Positions 63,727-64,000 of a stretch of 64,000 nucleotides of DNA are shown in pieces (position 1 is the first letter of the stretch; each line of letters opens with the position of its first letter). Made by a program: the position numbers and the translations under genes. The notes beneath the pieces are model-generated. The model searched no databases, was not told the origin of the DNA, and worked only from the letters and a program-made list of their open reading frames with translations. The stretch is from the human T2T-CHM13v2.0 reference genome, Homo sapiens. Where the stretch lies: assembly GCF_009914755.1 (NCBI RefSeq), contig NC_060948.1; one strand, given 5' to 3'.

Positions 63727-64000
63727 GGCCAGGTGTGGAAGCTCACACCTGTAATCCCATCACTTTGGGAGGCCAAGGCAGGTGGATTGCTTAAGTTCAG
63801 GAGTTCAAGACCAGCCTAGGTAACATGATGAAACCCCATCTCTACCAAAAAGTACAAAAATTAGCCAGGTGTGATGGCATGCACCTGTAGTCCCAGCTGC
63901 TTTCCAGGATGAGGTGTGAGGATCACTTAACCCTGGGAGGTCAAGGCTGCAATGAGCTCTGGTCATGACCAGTCTGGGAGCCATAGAGAGACCCTATCTC
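63727..64000 (+). mobile_element. AluJ-like element, runs to the window edge
   Basis: Dimeric Alu. Confidence 0.9.

Overview
Primate (human-like), repeat-dense genomic DNA with no intact protein-coding gene. The only host-gene signal is a CpG island at ~56.2-57.3 kb carrying a damaged first coding exon of PUDP/HDHD1 (minus strand). There, the start ATG reads AGG, the HAD motif DxD reads DME, and the splice donor reads AT instead of GT. This points to a non-processed PUDP pseudogene, most likely the Y-linked copy of the X-linked PUDP/STS region (inference). Everything to its left would be a TE-filled intron 1. It contains an MST element split by a deleted, mosaic HERV-K provirus, two long L1PA2/3-type elements, and a ~15 kb class I provirus with ERV3-like env. 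That provirus in turn holds an L1, an Alu stub and a HERV9/LTR12 remnant. A Tigger1, several Alus, MLT1s and MERs are also present. I found no convincing new biological system. The strongest oddities are mechanistic: two separately inserted L1s share the same inactivating mutations; an inverted copy of the HERV-K RNase H region lies just outside the provirus; the HERV-K 3' half is a multi-family mosaic; an Alu/HERV9-env fusion ORF is present; and one LTR has fold-back hairpins its partner lacks. Repeat family names and consensus comparisons are from memory, not from a search.
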